Positions 11,566-24,606 of a stretch of 64,000 bases of DNA are shown in pieces. The notes below the pieces were generated by a model that was not told where the DNA came from, did not search any database, and worked only from the letters and a program-made list of their open reading frames with translations. The stretch is from Zancudomyces culisetae HAW-14-8. Its lineage: Eukaryota > Fungi > Kickxellomycota. Made by a program: the position numbers and the translations under genes. The stretch's first letter is position 1. Every line of letters starts with the position of its first letter. The stretch is taken from assembly GCA_052426225.1 (NCBI GenBank), contig JBNJNM010000006.1, positions 1,054,001 to 1,118,000 on the forward strand, given 5' to 3'.

Positions 11566-14500
11566 TTTACTTTTTTTGAGTGGTTGATAATTCGAGGGAT
11601 AGGTTTTTCTGCTAAAATGGCAAAGAAACTAATTCCTCTTATATAGTTTTTTTTTGTATTTTAGAGTATCAAGATCCTAAACATACTACAACTATTGCTA
11701 ATTTAGACTATGCTTTTGTTGTAAAGGAGTTGGGGTTGAGTGCTTCTAGGTTGAAATTTTGTTATAAACCACAACATCACCTTGATGGTTTATTGCGCTA
11801 ACAACAAACCGTGAAAGTATTATTTTTAGTACAAACACTATTATGGTTATAGTACAGCCACGAAAATGCAGAACGTTTTGATTTATTTTGTTTAACAGCT
11901 AGCCGTCGTTTTTAATATTTCTAAACATAATTGTAAAATACATGCTCGTAAGAACAGTCGAACACCAACATATTTGACAAATTTCAATTGAGGTATAAAT
12001 ATGTAGAAGGTGAGCAAATGATAAAAGTAAAATAATAAGTAAAATAAAATGATAACAAGCATTCCGGAAAAAAGAAAAGAATTGAGAACAAATATTGTTA
12101 CAGGTTTTACAAAAGAAAAGCGTTCTAGCACTGTAAGTACAATACAGTTATTGTAAATTTGCTTCAAACGAACAATAAGAACATATAGATAACAATACAA
12201 TTAAATTTTTTTATTGTATATTATTAAATTTTTATTTTTCTGACCAAGTAATATTTATTTAGATGACAAAAAGTTCATAAAAATAACAATCAACTAAACT
12301 AAGTTCATCGCACCTTCATTCCAACTCTCTATAATACCAGGTATCCGAGGGATATTAGTTCAAGGGGAGTGGGACTACAATTAATACTTTCACTGCTAGG
12401 TAACAAGGTGAAAAAGACTTTGTTCAGAAACCTGCGTGTGGAAGCCACTGCTTTAGCTCAAGAGGTCTTAGTATCCCGAATAATTCCAAAAAGTTTAAGG
12501 TTTAACTCCTCCCTTCAAAAGCTTATTCATGATTTTCCTGCAAAACTCACTATACTCGAAAAACGTGTTAGTTAAAAAAGAACCAAAAATCTATAGATTC
12601 AGCAAGTAAATCATTTCCGTTTTCATCCTGTGATATTGAACTTAAAAGCATTGATTTGGTTGGTTGAAATGGTAAATTATTATTATTCAGGTGAATAAAC
12701 ACAATTATCCACACTGTCGGGCGTGATCGGGTAGATCACGTTCATTTGTCGGGTTTCTGAGGGATAGAAACTCCTGCTTGATCACTTCTTCGAGATCTCT
12801 AAATGGGCCAAGTGTCGATTCAGGTTCTACATACATGGACGAGACACCTGATCTTTCACTATAGGAAGAGTAGCGATTATCATTCCAGAACTGTTGGATG
12901 ATTGCCAAACAGAGTTTCTTCATCAGGCTTGACATTGAGGCTTTAGTTTTTATTTTTGTAGAAATTGTAGATTTATATTTCATAAATAAAGATGTTCTAA
13001 ATATTCCGATTACTCCATTTCTATAGAATTGATAAAATCTCTAAATATTCCTTATAGTACGCTCAAAATAAAAATAGGTAGGTAAATCGAAAAGAGTTCG
13101 ACTACTCGACTTGATATTCTTTATCCTGGGTTTAAAGAGAACCAAGAAAGTTTGAGCTTAAGTCATGTTCGCTTGGATTTGTTGAGCGTTTGGTACTTGT
13201 AATTTTGGTGATCATTTGTAAGAGTGTTACATCAATGCAGTGATACAGTTCAATTCGTTTCAGATTGATATTTGACAATGAGATCTCGGTTTGAGTGTGA
13301 TGTATATTACATAATGCCAGTACGTGTACAATTGTACTACAAAGTGATTTTTTATTTTTATTATGCGGCAGATCTGTATATCCTGTACTTTATGAAAACT
13401 TCTATCAATTGCAATTGTACTTCCAACTTTTTATTTTCTATAAATACTTTAATACGTTTAAATATTCTTGAATACTACTGCAACCGTAAAGTACACGTCT
13501 GTTGTCCTTTTTTTTCAACTCACAGTGACTAAACCAGCTGCCATTAGTTATCTATCATTGAATGTGCCTATTGATCTCAATACGATCAATTACCGAAAAT
13601 ACTAAGAATATTGGATATTGTCACAATTGAGCTATGTACTATTTGACTCTTTAGAAATGGTTAGTATTTTGGATAAGACGATATTTTATCTCTAAGGATT
13701 TCATAGCGAAGAAACATTTATTTATAGCTTGAAGCATCTATAACAATAGATGATAAATATATCAACAATAGTTTTGAATTAGTAATACTAAGGTAAATAA
13801 CTATTAGATAACTAAAGGTTTCATATCAACAAAATTTTGAATCTTGCTGTTGTAATATTGGTTCAAAATATAGTATGAAATATTCATGACACTCTGGCTA
13901 TATGTGCTTAAATCTTAATATATATTAAAGAGGCAGTCAAAAAAAGAAACGCTGAACAGTTACTGATGTTATGTTAAATCAAAAAAGCTTTGAAGTAAAA
14001 CTATTCTTACTGATGCTAGACTTCAGCATGGACTAACACATACATTGATGATTGATCAAATTGGTGTATTGCCTCGCGTAAAAACAATACTTTTATCCTA
14101 TCTGATGTTTTACTTTACTAAAATATGTCAGAATAGTTTTTATTATTATAATTAGTACAAAAAGAGTGTGAGTTTAGCAAAAAAAGAAAGTGGTGGCTTT
14201 TTCAACAATATTTTAACGAACACTTGAAAACCTAAATACATAATATCAAAACTCTCAATTTGAACTTGGGGGAGGGGGGTTAAATCTTCTAGGATTATTT
14301 ACGCAATGTGTTTGATTTTTTGATATTGATTTTAGGGTAGCATAGCTTGATTGCAGCTCAAACTCAAACCTTAATGATAAATTCTTAAAAGCGAATAAAA
14401 AATAAAAAACCCGTTTTAGTAAGCTTTTAAAATGGATATTGGAGTTAGTGGTGTATAGATTTTTGGAGGAAAGAAAACCTAAACAGTTATGAATTAAAAC

Positions 14501-15783
14501 TATTTACATATAATCATCACACCTATAACCGGTATCGTTTATTTTGTGTACTAAATATCCATGATATAATTTCACATAAAATACTATTGACACCAATATT
14601 TTTAGTGTTTTATTGCATTATGATGGCAAGATGTTTATATCATTTAATACATTCATATTAGTTGAAATCCAACGTTTTTTTCTATAAATAAATTTTTTTT
14701 ATTTACAAAAGCTAAATAACAGCCGCCACCCGAGAAAAAATGTTAATAATTTGTATCTGCAAATAAATCTATAATGTTTCGTTCAGTTCCCATCGCCCTT
14801 GCAGTGTAAATGCGATTTGAAATTGCATTGAACCAGTTACTTTATGAGATTTTTTCATTTGATATTTTTAATAATATATTAGTGATAAGCTAAACCACTA
14901 AAGCTATTATAAATACATCCAAAAAAGGAAAAACATTAACCTCAAAAATTATTTTTGAGATTTATAAACTGGTTGGGGATTTTCAATTTCAAAGTATCAT
15001 AATATTAATTTGTTAAAAAATACCGATTAGATGGGAAAAATAAAGGACCTTTACAAGGAGAAATGAACGGAAAAATTAGCGTTCAGAACAGTAAGTTATT
15101 GTTGACAATGCGATTATGACAGCCGGTTGTGGAACGCTTTTGCATCGAATTTGTAAAACTTTATGGTTGTTCAAAAATAAATAATGTAATAGCCTCTAAT
15201 GTACTTAGCATAAAAATATGAGATACATAATAATCAATGCCATAATTAGGATTGTTCAAGAACTACCCTTCCTTTCCAAAAAATATCCATGTACGAGCTG
15301 GAGAATGTGTGATAAAGTTTAGCAATTCACTTTTGTGTGTTAAATGAAGAAAAAGTATTATTACGTTTTTTCTTTTCCGTCTGTCAGTTTCCATCAACTT
15401 ATGATATTAGTGCCGCTTTTTTTTGTTAGTGGTGGATAAAAAAAGAAAATAAAGATATTACTCAATTTCGAATAATGTATATTCGGTTTAACCATTATTT
15501 TAAAGTATTAAGTACAAGATTTACTCATAATTACCACCCGGGTTATAAAAATAGAACAACGGGTGAAACATCTTTTAGTATAGTAGAAGTTTTAGCATCA
15601 GTTTAGTTTGATGCGATGAAAAAAAAGTATATAAACCATGAACTTTTGCCACAAAAAAACATCAACATCAACAATTACATCATAATCATCATCAATAACA
15701 AAACAGCTAGTGCAACAGCATTATAAGCAAAAAAAGGCATCATCATCATTTCAAAATACCAAAAAAGCAAAAGTAAAGAAAAA

Positions 15784-16311
15784 ATGGTAAAAATCACTTT
15801 AGCAGGAGTCTCAATTGCATGCGCAATACTTTCAACAAGCGCCACCCCAGTTCCTGGATCAGCTGTGGATGCAAATTTCAATGTCCAACCACCTATTTTG
15901 ACGCCACAGAATTATGGACTGGGTCAATACGCAAACCCGGTTGCTAACGGATATCGGAACGCACACATGAGAGCAGCAGTGGCAGCAGCAGGTATGACAG
16001 GACTTCCGCAGGGTACTCAACGCGCAATGACGCAAAACGCCAGGGCGGTTGCTCTTGCTGATCGTGGCCTTATGGGCAATTTTTTGGGAAACATTGGAAA
16101 TGGAATCGACAATACTATCAATACTGGAGTTAGTGCTGTAGTTGGAGCTAGTAATTTAATTGGCGGAGCAATTAACAATTCAGTAAATGGAGCTATTGAT
16201 AATTCACTAAAAAACGCCAAACTTATGAGTTGTCTTATTGATAGTGGATTGGGTAACAGTGAAGCTGTAGCCAAATTGATTGCTGAACTCGAAAAAGTTA
16301 GAAATCGATAA
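15784..16311 (+). CDS. Secreted Ala/Gly/Asn-rich hypothetical protein (175 aa)
   Basis: AAAATGG start context, signal peptide MVKITLAGVSIACAILSTSA-TPVP, coding-like composition, TATATAAA at about 15628. Confidence 0.8.
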   Translation: MVKITLAGVSIACAILSTSATPVPGSAVDANFNVQPPILTPQNYGLGQYANPVANGYRNAHMRAAVAAAGMTGLPQGTQRAMTQNARAVALADRGLMGNFLGNIGNGIDNTINTGVSAVVGASNLIGGAINNSVNGAIDNSLKNAKLMSCLIDSGLGNSEAVAKLIAELEKVRNR

Positions 16312-17471
16312 ATGAGTCGCATTTATAAGCCCACATTAATTTCGGGCATCATTTAACTGTTTTAATTTGCAACTTGATTTACCTCTAATAAATTGCATTC
16401 ATGATACTAATAATTTGGCCTAATAATGCCTTTTCCTTACTCGAAAAATGTTAATTTGAATACCATTCGGAGATCAAATTAATTGGTACTGTAATAATAT
16501 TCTCATTAATGTTTAAAACATATTCAGAGTAACAAATAGATTAGAGATGATTTGAAGTATAATTGCTGCTTTTATTATTTATTTTTAACAACTAAAAAGT
16601 AGGATAACAAAAATAAAAGTGATTAGTTAATCATGCAATAAAAAAAAGATCAAAATATGTATTGTACCTTAATCGACAATTAAACTTTGGTTTTTACCTA
16701 GTAACCCAACTGTCACAACTATATGCAGATTTGGTTAGATAAATTGAATTTTTATTACGTTATTATAATCCTTATAAGCTAGATTCGATTATACTCGTTG
16801 AAAGCTCCAACATTCAATGTTTGCTCGTCATTATTTATATTGGACATGTAATAATAATTTTAATGGGTGCGTAGCATTAAGCAGTATTAGAAATTGTGGG
16901 TTTTATCGATAACCAATATTTTACCTGCTATTTTTATATTTAAACAAAAAGATTAATGTTTTTTGTTAAATATAATGAAATCTTGCTACTAATACTACGA
17001 CTATTATTATGCTTCAGTTTTCAGGTAAAATTAAGTTCCACCCAGTTCCATCCTAGACCAGCTCAAATGGTGGTAAGAAAATAACAAATCTGGAAAAAAC
17101 AATCGCTTTATACACTTTTGTTTTCGTTTTGCTTTGTTTTTAAAAAATATCTTATTCAATTGTTAACCATTAGATTTTGAAGGAGGTATTAGTATGAACT
17201 TTTAGTTTTCTAGAACTTCCTTGCGACTTAAACTCAGGTAGTTAAATTCCGAGCATTCGAAGATTTTCAAGAGTTAAGCATTTAGTATCTAGGAAAGTTA
17301 CCAAAATTAAGCAATAACAGGCAAAACATAGTTATATCTGGTTATTCACGCAAATTTAATTATTTTATATTAGTTAAATAAACACTATAAAAATACACAG
17401 GGTGTATAAACATGTATAAAAAATAAAAAATTCTATATATAAGTATACAATTCGTTGATACAATGAAAAAT

Positions 17472-18467
17472 CTATTCGTTGTAGGAGTTTTCTGAGATTT
17501 CATCATCATCATCACATACTTCATCCTTACGTTTTCGGAAAAGCTTGGATACCCAAACCTTCAAGTTATACCACTCTCTATCACTCTCCAGAGTTCTTTT
17601 AATAATCGGATCTGTAAAAAAAAAATACGAAAGCCCTAGCTCTATCAGTGTTGATGATACAAGTATAATCGTATATACAACGATCGATATTCTATACCCT
17701 GAAGCTTCAAAAATTGCACTCAACGCGATAGCCAGTAACACTGCAATAGGAATTATTGGATACCATAGGAGTCTAAAAAACATACGCCGAATAACTGAGT
17801 TATTGTATCTATGGTTGAGTTCGGAAAGTTGTGAACCCAGCTTTAATCGACCCTCAATTACGTCAACTGGTGGACTGTGTCGCTCTGAGACAGTGATAAA
17901 CAACATTATTAAAAATATGACTGACAGAATACCTCCAGCTAACTGTACCAAGTAATACAAAATTATCACTTTATTAAATCCAGTACCTGATGTTAATAAG
18001 AGATAACCACATTTTGTTAATAGTTCTTTGCCGCTTCTCGCTGCCAGTATAAATTGCAAAATCGACAGTCCAGAAAGTACGGCTGCAAGAATGTAGTATA
18101 CTATTTCAAGTAGTTCGACATTTTTCCGATGATACCTGAATATCAGCAACAAGTGGAATACAACCGCTACCATAACGAACACCTGAAATGTAGAAAAGAA
18201 TCCATATATTATTTTCAAATCTCTACAAAATTTCGAGCTCCCGGTTAGGTTGAGTAGAATTAAATACGCTGCCAGCCTACCGATACCTGTTGCTTGTGTT
18301 ATGACTATTTGTCTAATTATTATCCTATTTACTGTTTTTCTATCTATTAGGAGCAAAAGTAGATACCAACCAACCGTGGTTAGGCAGATACTTAATACTA
18401 TCGACAGGCATACTGTCCAGAGCACCCTTGCAGTAATTGTTCGCTCCTCTATTGCCATATTTTGCAC
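17472..18467 (-). CDS. Seven-transmembrane GPCR-like protein (cAMP-receptor/Git3-like), 331 aa
   Basis: Seven hydrophobic segments; Cys at the start of TM3 and in extracellular loop 2; RRMFFRLLWYPIIP motif at TM6; charged C-terminal tail. Confidence 0.75.
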   Translation of the reverse strand: MQNMAIEERTITARVLWTVCLSIVLSICLTTVGWYLLLLLIDRKTVNRIIIRQIVITQATGIGRLAAYLILLNLTGSSKFCRDLKIIYGFFSTFQVFVMVAVVFHLLLIFRYHRKNVELLEIVYYILAAVLSGLSILQFILAARSGKELLTKCGYLLLTSGTGFNKVIILYYLVQLAGGILSVIFLIMLFITVSERHSPPVDVIEGRLKLGSQLSELNHRYNNSVIRRMFFRLLWYPIIPIAVLLAIALSAIFEASGYRISIVVYTIILVSSTLIELGLSYFFFTDPIIKRTLESDREWYNLKVWVSKLFRKRKDEVCDDDDEISENSYNE

Positions 18468-21316
18468 ATTATATTCTTTCTTTCTCTACTTTTTTTTCTT
18501 TTCTTTTCTATAAATTGGTTTGTTTTTTTCTATTTATTATCTTTCCTTGACGTTTCTACTATTATCGCTCATGATTTAGGCTTCGACTCTGATAATATAC
18601 TGTTGTTCACTTTACTAGTTTATACTAACTCTGCGATAATTATTATTATACGTGAATATAAAAATGTTTAAAAAGAAAGATAATGAACTGCTAGACAGTT
18701 ACTGATGGTTCTCAAATACACATGTTTATCCTCTATTCTGGTTTTTTTAATTATCCTTTTTCGCAGGTTGTTGGTCTGTTCATTCTCAAGAGGATGTATT
18801 GGTTTACTATTAACACTACACACAATTGCTTAGACATACGTGTACCATCTACTAAAATAATCTCACTTTATTGGTATTTACAATATGAACACAAATTACA
18901 ACCCCCCGCACATGTTTCTATGATCCACTAGTTGAGCGAAAGTATGTATCAGATATTTTATCTTCGATTCGTCTTTAGCTTTGACCAATGAGTATATACA
19001 TATTATTGGTTCGTTTTTTTTTGTATAAGCAAGGAGAGTTATGTTAATTGATGTATCGCAAAATAAAGTACATTTGCGCAAATACAGGCCTCTTATATAC
19101 AGTCATATCCGTATCTAGCTTTGAATAGAACACGACCACAACCATAACCATGACTAAAAGTAAACTTATGCTACATGCCTGGTTGCGTCCATCTGCTTTA
19201 TTTTTTTTAAAATGGTGCACTTTCTGCAACCTATACCAGAATACTCGCTTTGAACAATATTGAAATATATTTCCGATGCAGAAGTTCTCTGGATACCTAG
19301 AATTTATATTTTAATACAGTTAAAGCTGTACTATACAAAGACTAGCAATTAACAGGCTATTATTTCAGTCATTTTTTTCTATGGAATTTCAGACTCATTT
19401 GTCGATTATTGTTTTTGTCATCCTTATAGCCTTATAACCTTATAATGTGTAATCCAAGTGTGTTACCACTATATACTAGTTTTTGCATCTATTTCTTGCG
19501 CACATTCATACGCAAGCCTGTTTAAGCTTTTATCATTGTTTCCAGCATTCTCACTCTCACTTTCAGTCTCATTCTCATTGATTTCTCCTGTATTTTCTTT
19601 ACCCATGCTACCTTGAACAAACCTCTCGAAAAATGTGCATCTATTCATCTCTTTTTATCATTATGTTACTTTCTAGACTTGCAAACGCCTCAGTGATTTT
19701 TCTAATGCTGCATTGAATCTTAATCTTTCATGAATTGGTTTTTACCTACTCATTCCCATATGCGAATTTAAGAGTTTGATAAAAATTGTGCCAATGTACA
19801 TTTTATAGGACCCTTCCAACTTTTACATTCGAAGTATCATATTTGGACTTAATTGATCAGCATTTTTAGTTATACAAACATCACATCACCTTCAAAAAAA
19901 AATAGTAATTCATGACACGTATAAATTTACCCTCTGCTTCAGCGCTTTGATTTTTTAAACAACATTTCTACTAAAATATCTTTGATTGATATCACTGTAT
20001 TTTAGGTAGTATGCGTGTTTTTTGGTGAGTGTCATCTGCAAGCGGCGTAATCCATCCTGCGTGTTTGAATGAATGAAGTTTACCAATATGACGCTATGGT
20101 ATGTAATATGATTCGCCCTATACTGCGATCGTGTAATGTAAACCCGAATATCACGCCTCAAACAGGATTTTAATTTTGCGCCAACATTAACATATAATAA
20201 ACATAATGTTTGGGTGCTCACTTTTTTTATTTTCTTATAGAGCATAAAAAATGGAACTCAGGTACTCAAAAATACTTATGATTCTAGTTTTACCATATCC
20301 GGTGGTATTCAAAGATAAATAAATTCTGCATTTAGCAAAGTTAATGATAGCATATTCAAGTTTATAACGTGAGGTATATTGTGATTTGCATTGTACGAGA
20401 TAACTTGTATATGATAAGCGATAGTAGAATGCTAAACCTTTTTGCCACAAAACATTTTTTATGGGTAGATTTAATAGAATAATGACACAATTTAAAATCC
20501 TGGTCTTTCAAAGCAGCCCTTTTTGCAAAGAAAATTTCCATAACAAGGCTCAATAAAGTAGATTGCCAGAAATGTAAAAATACGCTCTGTTATGGTCATG
20601 ACCAACTATTGCTGCCACTTATAAGCATATAAAAATTTGTCACGTTATTTTTGTTACCAATTTGATGTCACAATCTCATAACAAAAATCAGCAATATCAA
20701 GTGCTGAAACGTGTTTATTGCCTTCAAAAAAATAATAAACCAGACCTATCATGAATGAAGCAGTCAAGTGTACACATCCAGAGTCAAAAGTACATTTTTT
20801 GATGCCAATTCAAGTTGCCAACTATGTAAAAAGCTATCTTGGCGGATTTTCCTGGCATATCTTGTGTATTTGAGTAGTTTAGATTCATTATCTAGAACAG
20901 ACTGAAAACCATTATAGTACACTAATAACAAAATTTATGACTGATATCACTAGAATTGAAAGGATACAGGTGTTACATTTGTACTGTCATACTATATGCG
21001 TAGTGCAGCCAGTTTATCTTTTTTACCAAAGTAAATGGATTTTGAATGTGAAAATAGTATCAATGAGAACGATGTATATTGCCACAAAACAGATTACTAG
21101 CCAACATGCTCATACCCAAAACCTGGAAGTATAGTCTTATATTAAATTTTAATATATACTCACTACTAATTTATGCTAAAAATATAATTCTGTACCCTCA
21201 AAAAAGTATAAATACATGGTTCTGTTTCTAACAAATCCTTTGTAAAAAAGACAAACGCTTTGTACTGATACACAAGCAGAAGATAAGAGGTTTAAAAAAA
21301 TATTAAAATACTAAAA

Positions 21317-22191
21317 ATGCTAACCACATCTGGAATATTGCATCTAACACTCGCTTCAATTCTCTTCAATAGCAAATATACAGCAGCTAACCATTTGACA
21401 ACAGAAAATGTCAATGTATCTCAGTTAGAAAATCATTCCGTGCATCCCGACAATATGTTTCCATTTATTCCACAAGTAACTAGTATTAGAGATGTAGCAG
21501 TAGAAATAATGGAAGAACAAGAGGAAGAACAAGAGGTTGACGAGTTTTTTGAGAATTTTAATGAGAATGACATGGTTGAAGAGGAAAGTATAGAAAAAAT
21601 AATTGAAAATCTAGAAGGTATGGTACAAACTCAAGCAAACGTAAGCCAGCCAGATCTGATGCTGCAAACTATGGGGCATAATAATACAGAACAGGCGGGT
21701 GTGGCTCACTTAGATATGGGTCAGGTACCAACAAACCATACGAATGTAGATCTGGCCAATATATCCCAAGAAGACGGCATCCTCGGCGCAAACTTTACGC
21801 CTGAGTTAGTAGGTAAGTTAGAACTAGCATGCTAATATGCGCATTTGTTTTTTTATGGAGGGAGATCATCTAATTGATGTTTTTTGGACGTCTATGGGTT
21901 AACTCAGGAACCCGGGTGTTCACAATATTACTTTTTTTCTATCATTATTTCGTATGTTTGTTGTTGCCTTTGAAAAACGCGATGTGGAAGTATACTAAAA
22001 AAAAACTATTAATACTGGTAGTTGGAGGAAAGTGCTCAGGTGTGATGTATTCTTGTGTTGGCCATGACCAACCGCAATATCTGCAGTGTAATTTCGATAG
22101 GTTTATTTTGATGGTATGCGGCCCAGGAACAGTATGTAGAAGCAATGGACAATATAGCGTATATTGCGGATACAGAGATTGTGAAGAATAA
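21317..22191 (+). CDS. Duplicate of the CBM19-like secreted protein (exons 21317-21812, 22022-22191)
   Basis: Same sequence as 2217-3091 at +19100. Confidence 0.7.
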
Positions 22192-22804
22192 CTGATGTTT
22201 CCAGTTATTTCTAGCACTTTTTTATATCACAAGTACCCAAAAAGAGTAGGTGATGGTAGCACAAAAATATAAACGTTATTTTGGGGCATCTCACTTGCAT
22301 CTGGTCGATGGTTAGTAGGATTGGGGGGTATATTCTTTTTTATTATATCTATTTTACTAGATATATCAAGATTTGATTTACTTAATATCAGTAAAAAAAA
22401 TACAAGTTTGTTACATTGCCATAAAAATGATACTATTCCCTCATATTCAGTTTATAAAGTATTCAGTCATTTGTATCCACATTCCTTAATGCTGACATGA
22501 TGAATGTTTTGAGTGCTGTTTTTAGTAATAAACTACGTTTAAAACGTGCCAACAATGGGAGGGTGTTTTTTATCCAAAGCCCATTTATGCATCTCAAAAA
22601 AGGGAGGAATCGTGTTTCTATAGTACCATAAAAACACTGTCAGTTCAAAGGAAAAAGAAAAGGCTTTCTGCATTTTAAATACCATTTTTTGGGGAGGAAC
22701 GATGTCAATCTATTCAGTAAGCTATGTGGCATGTACTTGGAAGTGCCTGAATGAGCTCAAATCGCAAATTAAAAACCAGATCCGAAAAGTTTGTAGTTTT
22801 TTCG

Positions 22805-24606
22805 TTATGACATGACAACTGAGTGAATACCTGGATCTATTAACAGTTTCTTTCCATCTTCGAATATATCGACCAGTTTGTTATGATCTTCGATTGCATT
22901 TTCAAGCCTCCGCTTCAATTTTTCATTATCTTCGCGGTAAAAGTCATTGTCAATTAGTAGGCTCTTTATGGAGCATAGATAATATTCGCATTTTATACAG
23001 TGATTGACCGGAGGGCCAGAGGATGCAAGGGTGGAGCCAAAAGTAGAGTAGGTATTATTATTAGAATTACTTTCGTCTGTATCCATATCAGTAGTAGACC
23101 TGAAACCTTTCGACATCAATGACAACTCCGAAGGCTTGGGATTTACATATTGGACGCAATTATTTTTGTAGCCTGCTGCTGAAGTGCAAACTGATTGATT
23201 GTCGTGCTTGATTGTTTGTAGCTCAAGAATGTTTCCCTCGTAAAAGTTATCCTTTAAATAGTGTGAAAATTTTATAGATTAATTTTAATTCAATAAACAT
23301 GCCACATCAATACAAGTTGTGTATGAGGCATATAAAGGCGACACAAATGACTATACATAGATAGCAAAAAACTTACGATCTCAGCCTTTAACTCAAGGAA
23401 GGAGTCTACAAACTTTTTTTGGAGCGTGGATTTGAATTTCTCAGAAAGCAACGGCTTCCTCCTGTTCAGCAAGCCAGTTTGATGTGAAAAGTTGACACTA
23501 AATGCCGGAGAGGATTGGTTCAGCTGGCTACTGATAGCTTCAGAAACTACAAATAATAAGCAGAGGATATTAAAATATATTTTTAAGCGATTATAGAAAC
23601 ATATTATATACTAAAGTAGCACCACCACGGCCTTACAGTTAAATACTTTTGATTTCAACTCAAATAGCTCAAGTTTTTTTACAACTTTAATCTCTTTGGC
23701 GCCTTTCAGGGTGGTGTGTGGTCGAGAGAGAGTCTGTCTATTATACAAAAAACCGCTTTCCGGGATATCATTAAAACTCTCTTTGTTTCTAAGCCTTGAA
23801 TTCTCTCTCCTTAGCCTCGTATTCTCGCTATTTAATATGTAGTGTACAAAATTTCATTTAGAGCAATCCCAATGTGAAAGTCGTAAGACCTTGCAACTCA
23901 ATCTAACCACTTACTCTTCTATCTGTTTGATTCTTTGTAACAGAAAGTTCCGCTCATTATTATAGGTACCTGGTGGAAAGATCTCGGTGTTATAGAATCC
24001 GTCAAAAGTATTTCCGTCAGATATATAGGTTGCTAAATCATCGATATTTTCCTTTTCAATAGATTTGGCTGCAAGAATCTCTTCAAGTTGTCTAACCCTT
24101 GCTTCCATTTTTCTGATTTTTTTTAAAAGAAGTTCATTGGCAGAATTTTCGAGGCCCTGCCGATTTAGCTGCTGGTAACCACTGGGCGTAAATTTACATT
24201 TCACGGCGGTAAATCCCAAATTCGCATCATTAGGTTTTTTTATAAACAATGGTTGAAAAAACTTGGAGTCCCCGCTTTTACGGCTTAGCTTTAACTTTTC
24301 CAGCCGCTCTAGAACTTCCACGGAATCGCTTCTTTTTGATCTTGTTCGAGGGGACCGGGCAGGTGTTGTGATATCTGTGAAAACTGCTGTCCCTTTTATT
24401 TGACTGGAAAATGACTTTTTAGGACCTGCGCAATCAATCTTCCTAGATGTCTTGCCATTATTTTGTACAGTTTCATTGTGTCTTCTTTTCGTTCCGCTTT
24501 TCAAGTCAGCACTCTCAAGATATGTCGGAAAAAGTGCACTTTTACTTGGTTGTGTAATAATGAAAGTGGTGTTGTTTAGATACCAAAATTTTTCTTGAAA
24601 ATGATA
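22805..24606 (-). CDS. Duplicate of the multi-exon coiled-coil protein
   Basis: Same sequence as 3705-5506 at +19100. Confidence 0.7.
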
